Shown here: in pieces, positions 40,451 through 53,300 of the stretch | Numbering within the stretch: position 1 is the stretch's first letter | How the letters are laid out: the number at the start of each line of letters is the position of its first letter | Translations under genes and position numbers: made by a program | Source of the DNA: Chloropicon primus | Taxonomy: Eukaryota | Direction of reading: 5' to 3' | DNA: 64,000 bases | Assembly: GCA_023205875.1 (NCBI GenBank) | Contig: CP060761.1 | Coordinates: forward strand, 310,001-374,000 | The notes under the pieces: model-generated | What the model saw: the letters and a program-made list of their open reading frames with translations, nothing else | Database searches by the model: none | What the model was told of the DNA's origin: nothing

Positions 40451-41647
40451 CTACTTCTTCGCAACCTTCTGAGAGGTTTCCGCCCACTTTTTCATCACGT
40501 CCGCGGCCTTCCCAGACCTCTGCACGTCCCTCGCCATCGCCACTCCCTCTCCTGGGTTGCTGGCTATGTTCGCCGTGGCGAGGGCGAAGCCCGCGTTCAG
40601 GATCAGGGCGTCCGCCACGGGGCCCTGCTCTCCGCCGAAGACATCCAAGAGCATCTGGGCGTTCACGCTGGCGTCTCCTCCCTTGAGGTCCTCGATCTCG
40701 CAGCTCGGGATGCCCAAGTCCTTGGGAAAGACCTTGTACTCCTTCACTCCCTGCGTGGTCACCTCCACGACGTCCGCCGGGCCGGCGGGCGTCAGCTCGT
40801 CGATTCCCATGGAGTTCACCACGAGGGCCTTCTCGAACCCGAGCTCCTTGAGGGCGTCCGCCATCAGCTTCTGCACCTCCCTGGAGTAGACTCCCACCAG
40901 CGCGTACGGCACCGACGCCGGGTTCAGCATGGGCCCGAGAATGTTGAATGCCGTCCTCACCTTGAGGGACCTCCTCACGGGGACCACGGCCTTCATCGCC
41001 GGGTGGAAGCGAGGGGCAAACATGAATCCAATCCCAGCCTCCGCCAAGCACTGTTCCATCTCCTCCGGACCCAAGTCAATGACAACTCCCAGGTTCTCCA
41101 ACACATCCGCGCTTCCGCACAAGCTCGACACGGACCTGTTCCCGTGCTTCGCCACCGTCACCCCGCATGCCGCGGTCAGGACGCAAGCTCCCGTCGATAT
41201 GTTCACCGTCCCTGCGGAGTCCCCTCCCGTTCCGACAATATCCACCGCAGTCGTGTCCACCTTGACGGGTGTCATCTTCTCCTTCATGGCACTCGCGAGG
41301 CCGGCGACTTCCGCTGCCGTTTCTCCCTTTGCCCTGAGAAGCACGAGGAACGCGCTTATCTTCGCCGGATCTCCCTCATCCACCAAAAGACTCAAGACAT
41401 CTTTCGCCACGCTCAACGACAAACTCTTCCTCTGACAAAGTTGCTCCAGGACGGCGCTTATCTGGACCTCCATTTCTTTCTTGTCGCTTTGTTGGGCAAA
41501 CCTTCGCACGTGAGGACGACGATTACCGACGACCCTGGCCTTCCTCAACGGAGAGGACCCAACATGAGGCGATGGTCTGGAACCGTAATGCATTCCAGCA
41601 CCCCTCGCCATGGTCCTCAACCCTCTCGCCTGCGTCGACATCGCCAT
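40451..41647 (-). CDS. trpD: Anthranilate phosphoribosyltransferase, plastid-targeted
   Basis: LRAKGET, DIVGTGGD, NISTG, AKHGNRSVSS..GSADVLE, FHPAMK, RTAFNILGP. Confidence 0.95.
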   Translation of the reverse strand: MAMSTQARGLRTMARGAGMHYGSRPSPHVGSSPLRKARVVGNRRPHVRRFAQQSDKKEMEVQISAVLEQLCQRKSLSLSVAKDVLSLLVDEGDPAKISAFLVLLRAKGETAAEVAGLASAMKEKMTPVKVDTTAVDIVGTGGDSAGTVNISTGACVLTAACGVTVAKHGNRSVSSLCGSADVLENLGVVIDLGPEEMEQCLAEAGIGFMFAPRFHPAMKAVVPVRRSLKVRTAFNILGPMLNPASVPYALVGVYSREVQKLMADALKELGFEKALVVNSMGIDELTPAGPADVVEVTTQGVKEYKVFPKDLGIPSCEIEDLKGGDASVNAQMLLDVFGGEQGPVADALILNAGFALATANIASNPGEGVAMARDVQRSGKAADVMKKWAETSQKVAKK

Positions 41648-42616
41648 GGCGGATACGATTCTGAAGTGAAGCTCCTTCCTTCCTTCTCGGCTTTCCGTCC
41701 TTCCACGATCGGAAACCAGGAGGGGAGGGGAGAGAACAGTGTACGCAGGTGAGCGATCGGGGGATCAATCCTGGGAACCACCAGACAGAGGACTCCACGC
41801 TTGGCTTTCTTTTTCTCTTTCTCTTTGTCTTTGTCTTTCTTTCTTGACATCCGAGGGAGGGAGGTTGTTTTCGAGGGGCGAGGAAAGAGGAAAGAGGAAA
41901 GAGGAAAGAGGAAAGAGAGGAGAGTCCAGTCCCTCCCAGACCTCAGGTCTTGTTTGCTTTTGTCCACCGAGCCTTGTACCTGTCTCTTTCCCTTGCCCTT
42001 TGGCACACACACACACATAGACGCTGCGAGACCGTGAGAAGGAGCCTGGTTTTGGTGGGTCGTCCTCGTCGTCGAGAAGTTCTATATTGTTATTCGGTGA
42101 CGAGAGGGGGAGAAAGTCTGAAGTCCCCAAAGAAAGGGACCGGGTGCGGAACGAAGGGGAGGATGGATGCTCTTCCTTACTCTTCCGTCCGTGCAGTCCC
42201 TCCCCTCTTGTCACCAAATAGGCCAATGGGTTCCATGAAACGCCCTCCTCTCTCTCTCCTCTCTCTCTCTTTGGTTTTGTTTTGAAACATTTCGACAAGA
42301 GAAGTGGTTCCATGAACGCGTCCCACCTGCGTTTACCACTCGTTCCCCGACCTCTTGTGTGACTTCTATGGTAGAATGATCTTCAAGGGTGCCCGAGGGG
42401 GGAGGAGCGAGGGTGCCATAGCGGGGCGCGGAAGAGGGGAGGGACACCATTGAGGTGGAAGGACTTGGACATGGGAGGCATGGGAAGGCACAGAGCTTAG
42501 GGAGGAGCCTGGAGTGACGCCCCTAATGAAGGACCAGGTCCTCACGAACCTGGTCCTGGCATCTTGGCCTCAAAAGCATGATCTTTTTGTATTGAGGAAG
42601 CCAGCAAAGGTTGAGG

Positions 42617-45600
42617 ATGGAGCGTTTTGAGCAACTCGCGGAGGAGTTCCAGACCGGGCAGAACAACGACGACGAGGTCGCTCTGATGCCCGAGAACCTC
42701 GAGAGGATGATCTCCCGGTACAGTTGCCAGGTGGGGAACGCGAACGCCGCCGAGGAGGAGGAGGACGAGCCCTGGTCCCGTCCGCCCCAAACTCTGGAGA
42801 CGGTGGAGGTGGAAGTTGCTTCCCTCGCGGGTCCAAGCAAGCGGACGCACACACGCCCGAGGGACGAAACAGCACCGGGGGGGTCCTCACCGCACCATCG
42901 TAACGCTCGGCAGAACGTTCGTGACGTTGTCGTGGACCCCTCCGTGTCGCCGATTTCGAAGCAACCGTCGGCGTTCGAGCTTTCTTTGGACGCTGGGGTG
43001 GCAGACGCGGTGAGCCACGAGCCCAGGGGGAACCGCCGGAAGGCAGGAGGGGCGAGGATCGCTGATGGATCCCAGCCCAGGAAGCGGGGGCGGCCCATGG
43101 GCTCCAAGAATGCGACCAAGGAGGCGGCAAAGGCCAGGGGCAGCAAGCGGAACAAGGCTTCCAAGAAAGTCTCGGACGCGAGCAACAAGGCCAGCAAGGG
43201 CAACAACGACGAGGATGAGATGCTGGAATGGCCGCCGTTGCGCCCGGCTCGAGTGGGCAGGATCAGTTCTTTTCTGAAGCAGCAGATGACCGAGGCGCGG
43301 GGGAAGGGGGCCCAGGAGGCCAACCCGTTGTCGCAAGGGCCGAACGCGGCCATGGGTGCGAACGGCGGTGGAGGGAGCGCGGGGAGCAATGAAGAAGCTC
43401 AAACGAGGCTGAGTCCGACGACCACGACGGGGAGGGGAAGCAACCAGCTTCAGCAGCTCCCCTTGGATGGCGGGGCTCCGGGGAACGGGAACGCCCACGA
43501 CGTGCCTTTCTTCGGCATGGGCGACTTGGGCAAGGCCGTGGTCGATCCCGTGGATCAGGGGAAGTACGACAACTCGCAGTTGGACATCGACCTCCGGAGT
43601 CCCTTTGACTTGTCGGTGGAGCACCACCAGGGGCCAGAAGGGGCTCCGGAGGACGCTCTGGGCGGAATCAGCGGCAAGGGCGGGCCTGTACCGCCGGCTG
43701 CTGATGTCTGGGAAGAGCAGAACCTTTTCTCCGAGGAGGAGGAGGAGGACGCTTGCGGCAGAGGGGATCGCTTGCTCACGGGGAGTGCGAAACCAAAGCC
43801 GATATTGGACATCAATTTACTGGACAAGATCGTCACCATGTCAGGTAGCTCCAAGCCCGAGGAGGGCAGGGGAAAAGGCGCCAGGGGCGCCGCGAACCGG
43901 GAGCGTGCCTCGGTCTTGGTGCACCCGGAGCGTCCGGAGCCCAAGTCGCCGGAGAGGCAACAAGAGGGCAAAGATAGGCGGGCGACCAAAAATGCGAAGA
44001 GCAGGTTGCTCAACAAGGAGGCGTTTGTGACCCTGGTCGGGCTGCTGGAGCCGCTGGAACTCGGCGAATTAATGGACAGGGCAGGGGTAGAGAGGACCGT
44101 TCGCGACCATTTGGGGTACATCGACGGGAGAATCAAGCTCTTCGTCCAGCTTCTGATCTTGCAGCGGGTTTTGGTGGGGGAGAAGATGAAAGCTCGCCTG
44201 AAAATGGAGTGCTTGTCCAAGTTCAAACTCGAGCACGCCGAGGAACGCCGGAGGCAGCGGGAAAAGGCTCCAAGTGACCGGAATGTGGTTTTGTACATGC
44301 AGCGTGTGATGAAGGAGTACAAGAGTCGTCTTCCCAGCATGACTCAGAGCACAGACTCGTTGAAGAAGCTGAAAGACAAGGTGATTTACGCCCGTGCCCG
44401 CAGTGAGGTGGAATACTCACCGAGCGAAGAGAGATCCTTCTTGAAGGAGCAGATTTCAAGGCAATCTCAGCTCCGTGACCAAGCTCAGCATGAGACGAGT
44501 CCCGTGGAGGAGACCCCTTATGTGGACCAACAGGAGTTGGTAACCTGTGCGCAGGAAATGGACGGCGGCAACCTGGTACAAACGGGTTCCGCCTCACTGA
44601 ATCAGACTGCTAATCGGGAGAAGCTGCCCATCATAAAGTGGGCCTGCGTCGCTGAGAGCTCACCTGCCTCGAACACGACACCGGTAACGGATGTGCACAC
44701 CCCCTTGAATGCGGCACCGCCACCAGAGGACGTGCAAACTCCTTTGACGACGAATCTCAGGCGAGACGTGAGAAATGTTGCCGCAAAGAGCAAGGTGACT
44801 ACCACAAGTGTTGAGGTCCTGCAACCGATTCATTGGTTGATCGAGATAGAGTACGCCTTGTTTGGCATCAAAAGTGACATTCAGAACCAGAAGGCACTGA
44901 GGCTCTATGGGGACACCGTCGTCTTTGACAACGCAGACGGCGAAGCCGGAAGGCTGGCGATATCGAATGCGGGTTTCGAAACAAACATGGGGTCTTTGCT
45001 GAGAGGCCATTTGAAGCTTCACGAAAACATGTTTGCGGACATGTTTGAGAGCGGCAAAAGCAAGGAGAAAGAAATTAACGTCAGTAACTTTGCTCTCCAA
45101 GTGTGTTGCGCTGTGGACAAGTCTCCTGCAGAGCTCAAGGGCGGCATGAAAGTTCTTGACACGGGCGAATTATGTGAGAGTCTTGAAGGCTTCCTCGATT
45201 CGCTGATGGCTCACCACAAGAAGGTATCTACTACAGCAGCCCCTCAAGACCTCGACCGAGTAATTGCGTACCTGTGCAGCGGCAAGGAGAAGAAAGTTGA
45301 TGGTGTGAGCTTGAAAGGCGTGAGTTCTCCCCAGAAATCATCTGGGGTGGGTGAAAAGTACCTCGCTCTGCCACCTGCACCTCCCGAGAGCCGCGAAAAG
45401 AAACGTAAAGGGTGTGGCTCTAGAAGGGCCGAGGGTTTCAGGAATGACACAGAGTCGGCCCAGCAGCAGAAGCGCCGGGCAATGGCACCTAAGGGACCTG
45501 AAGAGATTGCAAACGGTTGCTGTGAGGAGGTCGTCGAATTGGATACGAATGCATTGCTTGGCAAGGCGGCGCAGTCCAAAGCAATTGTGGTTCAGTCCGA

Positions 45601-46768
45601 AGCAAAGCACGGGAAGGGCAAAGGAAAGAACGGTGCAAAGGTGCCTCCACAAAGGATCTACACTGGCAGCTGCTCTTCGAGGAAAGTTATGTTGCAAGGG
45701 AGCATGTCTCGCGCCGGCTTTCACAGTCATTTCCTCATGCATCACGTCGAGATTGAACTGCTTCATCCAAACCCCAAAATTACGCTTCACAGTGTTCTTT
45801 CCCGGGCTCGAGCCAAAGTTGAAGAAGCAAAGCATCGAGAGCGAGGAGCTGTCCACGGGAGACCACGCGTGGTTCCGGCAGAGCCTCAACGGAAGCAACG
45901 CTCTATCTTCTCGCAGAAGCCAAGCATTGGCGTACAGAATCAAAACACATCGCATGACAGAGGGGTCGTCCAGGGTGAATCAATGGCCAGTCCAACGCAA
46001 AGCGATTCCTCCGGGGGAGAGGACTCCACGTCCATGTGCGAGTCTGAAGACCCATCGGTTGCAAATGCAAGACCTCCTTCCTTGGAATGGGAATGGGAAG
46101 CACAGGAAGGTCAGTCTGAGGAGCCAACCAGCCACCAAGCTGTTGCTGTTGCCCCACAGGAAGGCCAGGCCCAGAACAACATGCAGATTGTGGAGGTGAA
46201 GGCATCGCTTCAAGAGGCTATGCAGAACGAGCCTTTGCTTCTCACGGAAGGTCCTTACGATGAGTCGGAACGAGATGCTTTGGTCCAGGATTTTTTGAAT
46301 CACTTGGACCAGGTGCAGGTGGTGCCCTATGAAGGGGCAAGCGAAAACGTCACTCACTGCGAGGAAGGTGCGATTCAAGAGGTGCAGCAACCAAATTCAA
46401 GCTCAGGAAGGCAAGCGGTCGTTTACAACCGTGCAACTGGCCAGACCCACCGGGCTCAGTGCGTGAACCCAGGCGATGTCTCCCCCGTGGTGGTTTACAA
46501 GTCGCTGCGGAGCAAAGAATCCACGGAATTCTCCTTGATAGAGGGGTCCACCTCCAGAGCTTTAATTTGCAAGGCACCAGTGGTCAGTGACATTGTGACG
46601 TTGAATCCGTGTCTCCAGAGCCTTTTGGACGAGGAAGCTGCTCATAGCGCTCAAGACGCCTACGTGATAGAGAATGGGGCCATCCGGCAGGGCATGGTCG
46701 TGATGGTGAGAACTTCTGCAACCCTGTCGCTGAGGACCCCTCTGTTCTTTTTCAAGCACTTGTTCTGA
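42617..46768 (+). CDS. Large, mostly disordered protein with AT-hook (putative chromatin/DNA-binding), function unknown
   Basis: Uninterrupted ~1380-aa ORF; PRKRGRPMGSKN AT-hook motif. Confidence 0.7.
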   Translation: MERFEQLAEEFQTGQNNDDEVALMPENLERMISRYSCQVGNANAAEEEEDEPWSRPPQTLETVEVEVASLAGPSKRTHTRPRDETAPGGSSPHHRNARQNVRDVVVDPSVSPISKQPSAFELSLDAGVADAVSHEPRGNRRKAGGARIADGSQPRKRGRPMGSKNATKEAAKARGSKRNKASKKVSDASNKASKGNNDEDEMLEWPPLRPARVGRISSFLKQQMTEARGKGAQEANPLSQGPNAAMGANGGGGSAGSNEEAQTRLSPTTTTGRGSNQLQQLPLDGGAPGNGNAHDVPFFGMGDLGKAVVDPVDQGKYDNSQLDIDLRSPFDLSVEHHQGPEGAPEDALGGISGKGGPVPPAADVWEEQNLFSEEEEEDACGRGDRLLTGSAKPKPILDINLLDKIVTMSGSSKPEEGRGKGARGAANRERASVLVHPERPEPKSPERQQEGKDRRATKNAKSRLLNKEAFVTLVGLLEPLELGELMDRAGVERTVRDHLGYIDGRIKLFVQLLILQRVLVGEKMKARLKMECLSKFKLEHAEERRRQREKAPSDRNVVLYMQRVMKEYKSRLPSMTQSTDSLKKLKDKVIYARARSEVEYSPSEERSFLKEQISRQSQLRDQAQHETSPVEETPYVDQQELVTCAQEMDGGNLVQTGSASLNQTANREKLPIIKWACVAESSPASNTTPVTDVHTPLNAAPPPEDVQTPLTTNLRRDVRNVAAKSKVTTTSVEVLQPIHWLIEIEYALFGIKSDIQNQKALRLYGDTVVFDNADGEAGRLAISNAGFETNMGSLLRGHLKLHENMFADMFESGKSKEKEINVSNFALQVCCAVDKSPAELKGGMKVLDTGELCESLEGFLDSLMAHHKKVSTTAAPQDLDRVIAYLCSGKEKKVDGVSLKGVSSPQKSSGVGEKYLALPPAPPESREKKRKGCGSRRAEGFRNDTESAQQQKRRAMAPKGPEEIANGCCEEVVELDTNALLGKAAQSKAIVVQSEAKHGKGKGKNGAKVPPQRIYTGSCSSRKVMLQGSMSRAGFHSHFLMHHVEIELLHPNPKITLHSVLSRARAKVEEAKHRERGAVHGRPRVVPAEPQRKQRSIFSQKPSIGVQNQNTSHDRGVVQGESMASPTQSDSSGGEDSTSMCESEDPSVANARPPSLEWEWEAQEGQSEEPTSHQAVAVAPQEGQAQNNMQIVEVKASLQEAMQNEPLLLTEGPYDESERDALVQDFLNHLDQVQVVPYEGASENVTHCEEGAIQEVQQPNSSSGRQAVVYNRATGQTHRAQCVNPGDVSPVVVYKSLRSKESTEFSLIEGSTSRALICKAPVVSDIVTLNPCLQSLLDEEAAHSAQDAYVIENGAIRQGMVVMVRTSATLSLRTPLFFFKHLF

Positions 46769-47001
46769 TCGAAAACGAAAAGCAAAACCTTGGATCGATC
46801 GAGAGATCAAGCAAAACCAGTAAAATACAGATGCCATTACCAGGCTATTGTAAAGCTAATTATAATCCACAACAACAAACACAAACACAAACACAAACAC
46901 AAACACACGGTTGGAAAACTTTTCCCTTCCTCCTCCTCCCTTTCTCCCCTGGACGCCCTCGATTCCGATCCTCCCCTCCAGGAAGGAAAGAAAAGTCCAA
47001 G

Positions 47002-47033
<32 letters not shown>

Positions 47034-47318
47034 GCGTTTTCCCTGGAGTTGAAGGATCGTACAAAACCAAGGAGGCCAGGCCAAGGCCAAGGCAAGCGGA
47101 GGAATTAGCGAGGGTTTGGAGGAAGGTCACCGCAGGAGGGGAAAGAGAACCGATCTAGGACGAAAGTTCGTCTCAAGGGCTTTCGATCCTTACCTCACTT
47201 GACTCATTTGGACCAAGGCAAGGACAAAACCTCGTGGTGAGGCAGCGAGTGGGGAAGCTAGGGTGGTAGTGGAGGGGAAGAGGTGTTGGGGACCCTGGAG
47301 GTGGAAAGCGGCCAAGGC

Positions 47319-50300
47319 ATGGGGCCGCAGAGGGAGTACATCAGTCACGTCGTCGCTCGAAGTCTGGCCGGTGGACTCGAGGAAGGGCAGCAAGTTCAAA
47401 GACTCGAGCAGATCCAAAAGGAGGTCCTTGAGGATGGCAACGGGGTCTTGGACGCATTCCTCAACGAGGACGGAGTCGGGCTGATCGCGTATGCTTGCGC
47501 GTCGGACTCCGCCCAGGGGAGTGGCGCCGTCGTCGGCGCGAACAAGTTGGACGCGGTGTCCCTGCAGGGCAAGAGTCTCGTGGTGGTGGTGGGAAAGGTG
47601 GTGTGCAAGCTGAAAGCGGAGGAAGACATAGCGACACAGGTGGTCTCGCTGGCACTGAAAGGGTTGAACGAGGATTCCTTGGGGATTTCGACTTCGAGCT
47701 TGTACTACGCGGTCCAGAACGTCTTCCTGCCCCTGTTGGACTCGGCAGGAGACGTGTCGGCCCTCATGAACTCTGCGCAGATCCTCAAGGGGGTGCAAGA
47801 CTTCGTGAGCAGCATGAAGACGGACTTCAAGGAGGTGTTTGGGTGTGACATAGACTTCTCAGACGTCATAGACAAGGTCCAACTGGAGTTCCTTTGCAAG
47901 AAGACCCTTCAGAACGAGACAATCCACTGGATGAAAGTTCAGAACAAGAGGGAGGCCGCGGGCATGGAGGACAGGGCGTCGAGGGAAGCCATCTCGGTCC
48001 TGCAAGAGATGAAGTCAGGGATCGACAAGTGTTGCATGGACGGAGAAAGGGGTGGGGAGACCGTCACGCTTTACGACATTGAGCTTCTCGGCGACACCGT
48101 CGAGGCTTTTTACGACAGCATCGACATTCTTTGGAGGATAACCCAAGAGTCAGAGGAGGGGAGGTCCCTCTACTCAAAGGAAAAGATGAAGAGCTTGCTG
48201 TTCTCCCTGACCTGCTTCGTGTGCAAAACAGCGAGCGAGCAGCTGCTGGCTGAGCAAGTGTGGACCGTCCCTTTTGCACAAGTAGAAAACGTCCTGGAGA
48301 GGGGTAGCAGAATGCTGACGAGGTGGGAGAAGGTTGTCGTGGACCTCTGCAGCTTTCAGTGGAAGGGGGACCCACGATCGTTCGAGCAATCGGAAGTGAC
48401 TGAGATTGTGGCAAAATGCAGGCTTCAGCGAAACAGGATTGACGAGATCAGAGAAATGAGGGGAATCGGGGAGCAGGCCGTGGGCCTGTTGGCCAAAGAG
48501 AAGGGAGAGCACACAGCTCTTGGCCTCGACAACCTTTTCCTCCCTTTCGAGAACCTTCAGCCCTCGATGCTGCAGGGCTTGGACGTCAATTCAGGATCAG
48601 ATGCCGTGTGGAACCAGGCCGTGACGGAGCACAGGCAGATCATATCGCCCCTGGAATCCCGCATCGGGGAAAAGTTGAGGCTGTTCCTTTCCGAAGTTCT
48701 TATCCCTTCCCTCGAGGCCGCTGTGAGCACGTCCCGCAGCAAGCTAAGGGCCAGGGAGGAGAGCGGCCTCTCCACTCACCCTCACCAGGTTTTTCACGAG
48801 CTCAAAAAATATGGCGAGCTCCTGGCGTTGGAGCCCGTGAAAGTCGCCGTCGCTTCTGAGATCCAGACGGTGATCTCCCATCTCGAGACCCACCTGGAGA
48901 ACATCAGGTCGGACTACGAGGAGAATCGGATTGAAATCGAGAGCAGAAGGGATAGCGGGTCCTCGAGGCGGGGCAACGCTGCTGTCCAGCACCTGGGGAA
49001 CCAGGCCTTGCTGGGAAAGAACGTCTCCGCCGAAGTGAACAACGTTGCTTGGGTTTCCCAATGCGAAAGGAATGTCCAGCAGACGCTTGCTCTCGTTGAT
49101 CTCTTGATGGGGAAAAAGTATCGGATGCAAACCATAGCTCAAGTCGACACGAATTTGGCGAGCATCAAGAGCGTGCACGCTGTGGGGATCGACTTGATGA
49201 AGGACATCAGGGATCTGAAGGACATCCTGACTAAACATTGGGTGGAGGCAGCGCAGAAGAAGCTGAAGCTCGCTCAATCTGCTCAGTCCAGCTCTTTGAT
49301 GGACTTCGATCAAGCCAGCGGTCACATCAAGTTGCATTTTAGCGATTCCCTCGTGTCGCTTGTGAGGGAAGCGAGGCAGATATCCGCGCTGGGCTTCGCG
49401 GTGCCCTCCAAAATTCAGAACGACGTGCGCAAGGCCCAAAGGTTCTACAGACACTGCATGGTTCTCAAGCAAGTCGCAAACTTTTACAACCAGCTCTCCA
49501 ACCAGATCATCCTGTGCCAGAAGCCCATGCTCCTGGCGGACGCAGTGGAGTTTGAGCAGCTTCTCTCGAACCCTCGCGATTCCACGGGGCAGATGATTAT
49601 GTGGACCTCGAGCTCGAGCATTATTGAGAGCTACATACTGCAGCTTCAAACAGTCGCGGCAAAGTTGACGAACCGGAACCGGCGCCTGCAGAGGTGCCAC
49701 TCCCAGCTCAGAAGCCGGGTGCTCACGCTGTTTGAGCACGACCTTCTTCATCAGAGGGACAGGTGGGCAGGGACAATCAGGGAAATCAGAGAGCTTTTCT
49801 TGCAGCTGGAGGGGGAGGGCTACGACAGCAAGAGTCAACTGGCTTGGCGCTTGCATTGGGACCACCAGATCTACAAAGCTCTTGAGTACCAGTACTACAG
49901 GGGTCTGGAGGTGATCACGGACACCATACCTAAGACTGTTGTGACGGTTGTGGTGAGGCACCACAGGGTGCAGTTCGATCCCCCCGTCGAGGAGCTGCAC
50001 ATGTCGATCATGAAAACGCTCAAGTCGTACATCAACATTCCGTTCTCTTTCAAAGGAGTCAGCGAGGCGAGCGCGCTTCCAGGCTTTTTCGCAAATATTG
50101 CCAGGAGCCGCAAGGGGGTGGCTGCCCAGGTGAAGGCGTATGATCAGATGGAACAGCTGCTCAGCGTGGTCAGCGAAGAGATGAAGAAGATGACCGATTG
50201 GTTGGCTCCCTCTTGCGTCACGATGGAAACGATTGAATCCACGGTGGACGAGCTGCTTAACGATACCAGTGATTGGGAACAAAATTACAAGATTCTGAAG

Positions 50301-53300
50301 CAAATTAGCAAGGAGAGCGACACCATCGGGACCGAGATACACATAGACAACATCACGATTTCGCTGACAAGGATGAAGGCCACGATAGACTCTTCCGTGA
50401 AGATCCTGAATGAAGCCATGCTCAATTCCTTGAAGAAGAAAGCCCGGGCGGAGAAAGATCAACTGGAGGATTTTTTGAAAGACGCGTTCACGACGCTCCA
50501 CGCTACCGCGAGCACTGTGGAGGACATAGCAAATTCCAGAAAGAATTCTCAGCTTCTGCTGAAGAGGCTCTCCTCCATGGTCCAGCTCCGAAGGAGGGTA
50601 GAAGAGAAGCAAAAGCTTCTTAGGACAATGGGGTCGTCCAGCGATTCCAAGATGGGAGGCAAGGGTCATGCGGAGTCGATCGACATGGAGCAGCTCTCGT
50701 CGGATTGGGATATGTTCACCGCGCAGTTGCAGCAGCAGGAAAATCTTTTAGAAGCTCAGAAGGCCCAGCTCAAGGGGCAGATGGAGCAAGAGCAGACCGA
50801 GATCAGCAGAAATGTTGATGCCTTGGTGATGAAGTGGAAGGAATCGGTGCCAAAGTCAGACGTTGTCGACGCGACCATGCTCATCGCACAGTTCGATGAA
50901 TTCGCTGAGGAGCTTCAGGACTTGAGGGAGCAAGCAGAGAAGAACACTGAGAACAGCATCGCGTTCGGTTTGGAGGTGCAAGACTTTGATACGAAGTTGG
51001 GTCACCTCGCGAAAGAGATCGAAAACACGAGAACAAGTTGGAGTCTCTTCGGCAAGTTTTGCAGCGAGAAGGAGGAATTTCTGTCCAAAGTGTGGCTCTC
51101 CTTCCGCTTCAAGCTTCACGAGCTGGAAGACTGGCTGCAGCGGTGGTACAAGGAATTCGAGGGGAACAGCACCAAGGATGACCTTGTCAAGCTGAGCATC
51201 CTGAAGGAGGTCAAAAGGATCAGGCATGTCATGCCGATGCTCTACCTGTGCAGGGGAGATGGCTTCGAGAGAGAGCACTGGTCATCTTTGTTTACGATTA
51301 CCGGTTTGTCGAAAACTCCGGCAACGCTGGAGACGTTCACATTGCGCGACCTCTTGGGCAAGCCAGCGTACGATAACCTCGTCGACAATGAGTCACAGCT
51401 TCAGGAGCTGCACACCCGGGCACACGGCGAGGTTGTGATCCGAGAGGCCCTGAACCAGCTCACGATGTGGTCGCTGGAGAAAAGGTTTGAAACGTCTCAG
51501 TATGACAGTGCAGCCCCCAAGGGCCACAGAGGAGTCTGTCTCATTAAGAACGGGCAAGATATACTCACGGAAATAAGTGACCACCAGGCGCTGATCGCTT
51601 CCCTGTACACATCCCAGTGGTTCTTGCCCTTCAAGGAGGACGTCTCGCGGTGGGATGAGAAGATGAACAATCTTGCCCACATCATCATCAATCTCACTGC
51701 CTTGCAAAGGCAGTGGATCTACCTGGAGCCCGTGTTTGCAAGGAATGCGCTGCCTTCGGAGCGGATGAGATTCAAGAGGGTGGACGAGTCTTTCTGCTCT
51801 TTCGCGGCCAGAATAGCAGTGGACCCCCTCGTCGTGTCATTGCTTGACATCGAGCAGCTGCGGGACAACAAGCTTCTGGAGAGGTTGATTTCTCAGCTCG
51901 ATATTTGCCAAAGGGCCCTGTCAGACTTCTTGGAAGACAAGCGTAACATCTTCCCGAGGTTCTTCTTCTTGGGCGACGACGATTTGCTCGAATTGCTTGG
52001 CCAAGCGAGTGATCCTGAAGTGCTTCAGGCCCACTTGAAGAAGCTGTTTGGGGGCGTGCACGGAGTCAAGTTCGGCGAGGCCGGGGGAGATCACAGCAAT
52101 TTTGTGGGGGTGAATTCGATTCAAGGGGAGCAGGTTCTCTTGGCAGAGCACGTTCAAGTCGACGAAGAAGCCATCGAGAAGACACTCAAGGGCCTTCTGT
52201 TCCGCTTGCAGTTCACCCTCTCGGCGTTGGTTCGCAAGTACATCACTTCGGGTGACAGAAACCTCTCAGATTATCCCTCGCAGGTCCTGTGCCTGTCTGA
52301 GCAAATCCTGTTCACGAGGGACTGCCACTCGGCAATCACATCAGACCCGAGGATGCTGAGCAAGCTTCAGAATGCCCTGGCGTCAAAGTTGTCCCAGTAC
52401 ACGGCCATAGACGTGTCGATTGACAAGCTGCTCCAGCTCAAAATCCAAGCCTGCATTTTGGATGCCATCCACCACTTGGACGTGCTCGGCGACCTCATCT
52501 CAAACAAAGTCGAGTCCTTGGAGGATTGGTTCTGGTTGAAGCAGCTGAGGTACACTCACAACCCCGAGATACGGGACAATGAGCACGACGGCGGAGGGTC
52601 TCTCGCGAATGGCGTTTCTCCAGTGTCCGTGAGGATGGTGCAAGCAGAGTTCCAATACTCGTTCGAGTATCAGGGAAACGCCCCAAAGCTTGTTTACACA
52701 CCGCTGACGGACAAGTGCTACTTGACTCTAACTCAAGCAATGGCCCTGGGTTATGGCGGAAACCCGTACGGGCCTGCGGGTACTGGTAAGACAGAGTCAG
52801 TGAAAGCCCTCGGTCAGTGCCTCGGCAGGCAAGTCCTGGTCTTCAACTGTGACGAGGAGTTTAATTTCGAGAGCATGGGGAGAATTTTTGTCGGCCTGAT
52901 GAGGTGTGGAGCTTGGGGGTGCTTTGACGAGTTCAACAGGCTCGAGGAGGACGTCCTCTCGGCTATCAGTCAGCAGATCCAGCAGATTCAGGTCGCCTTG
53001 AAAGAAAGAATCAAGAGCGTGCTCTTTGGAAGCAAGAACATTCCTCTTGATTTCCGAGCAGCAATTTTTGTAACGCTCAACCCTGCAGCGAAAGGTTACG
53101 GGGGGAGGAGGAATCTTCCGGATAACTTGAAGCAGCTGTTCCGCAGCATAGCGATGACCAAGCCAAACAACGAGCTGATCGCGGAGGTCCTCCTTCTGTC
53201 CGTGGGGTTCACGACAAAAACGTCATCGATCCTTGGCCGCAAGCTGGTGTCCCTGTTCTCCATGGCGCAGAACCTCTTAACTCCTCAGCAGCACTACGAC

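Noticed and set aside
42530..42558. 10-bp inverted repeat and short uORF upstream of the AT-hook gene
   Set aside because: Too short to distinguish from chance.
131..47027. Many (GA/CT)n, (GT)n, (AAACAC)n and (GAAGT)n tracts near gene starts and in introns
   Set aside because: Ordinary microsatellites spread throughout the window; no specific function can be supported.
48744..50669. 641-aa minus-strand ORF and other ORFs nested in the dynein gene
   Set aside because: Antisense shadows of the dynein heavy chain.
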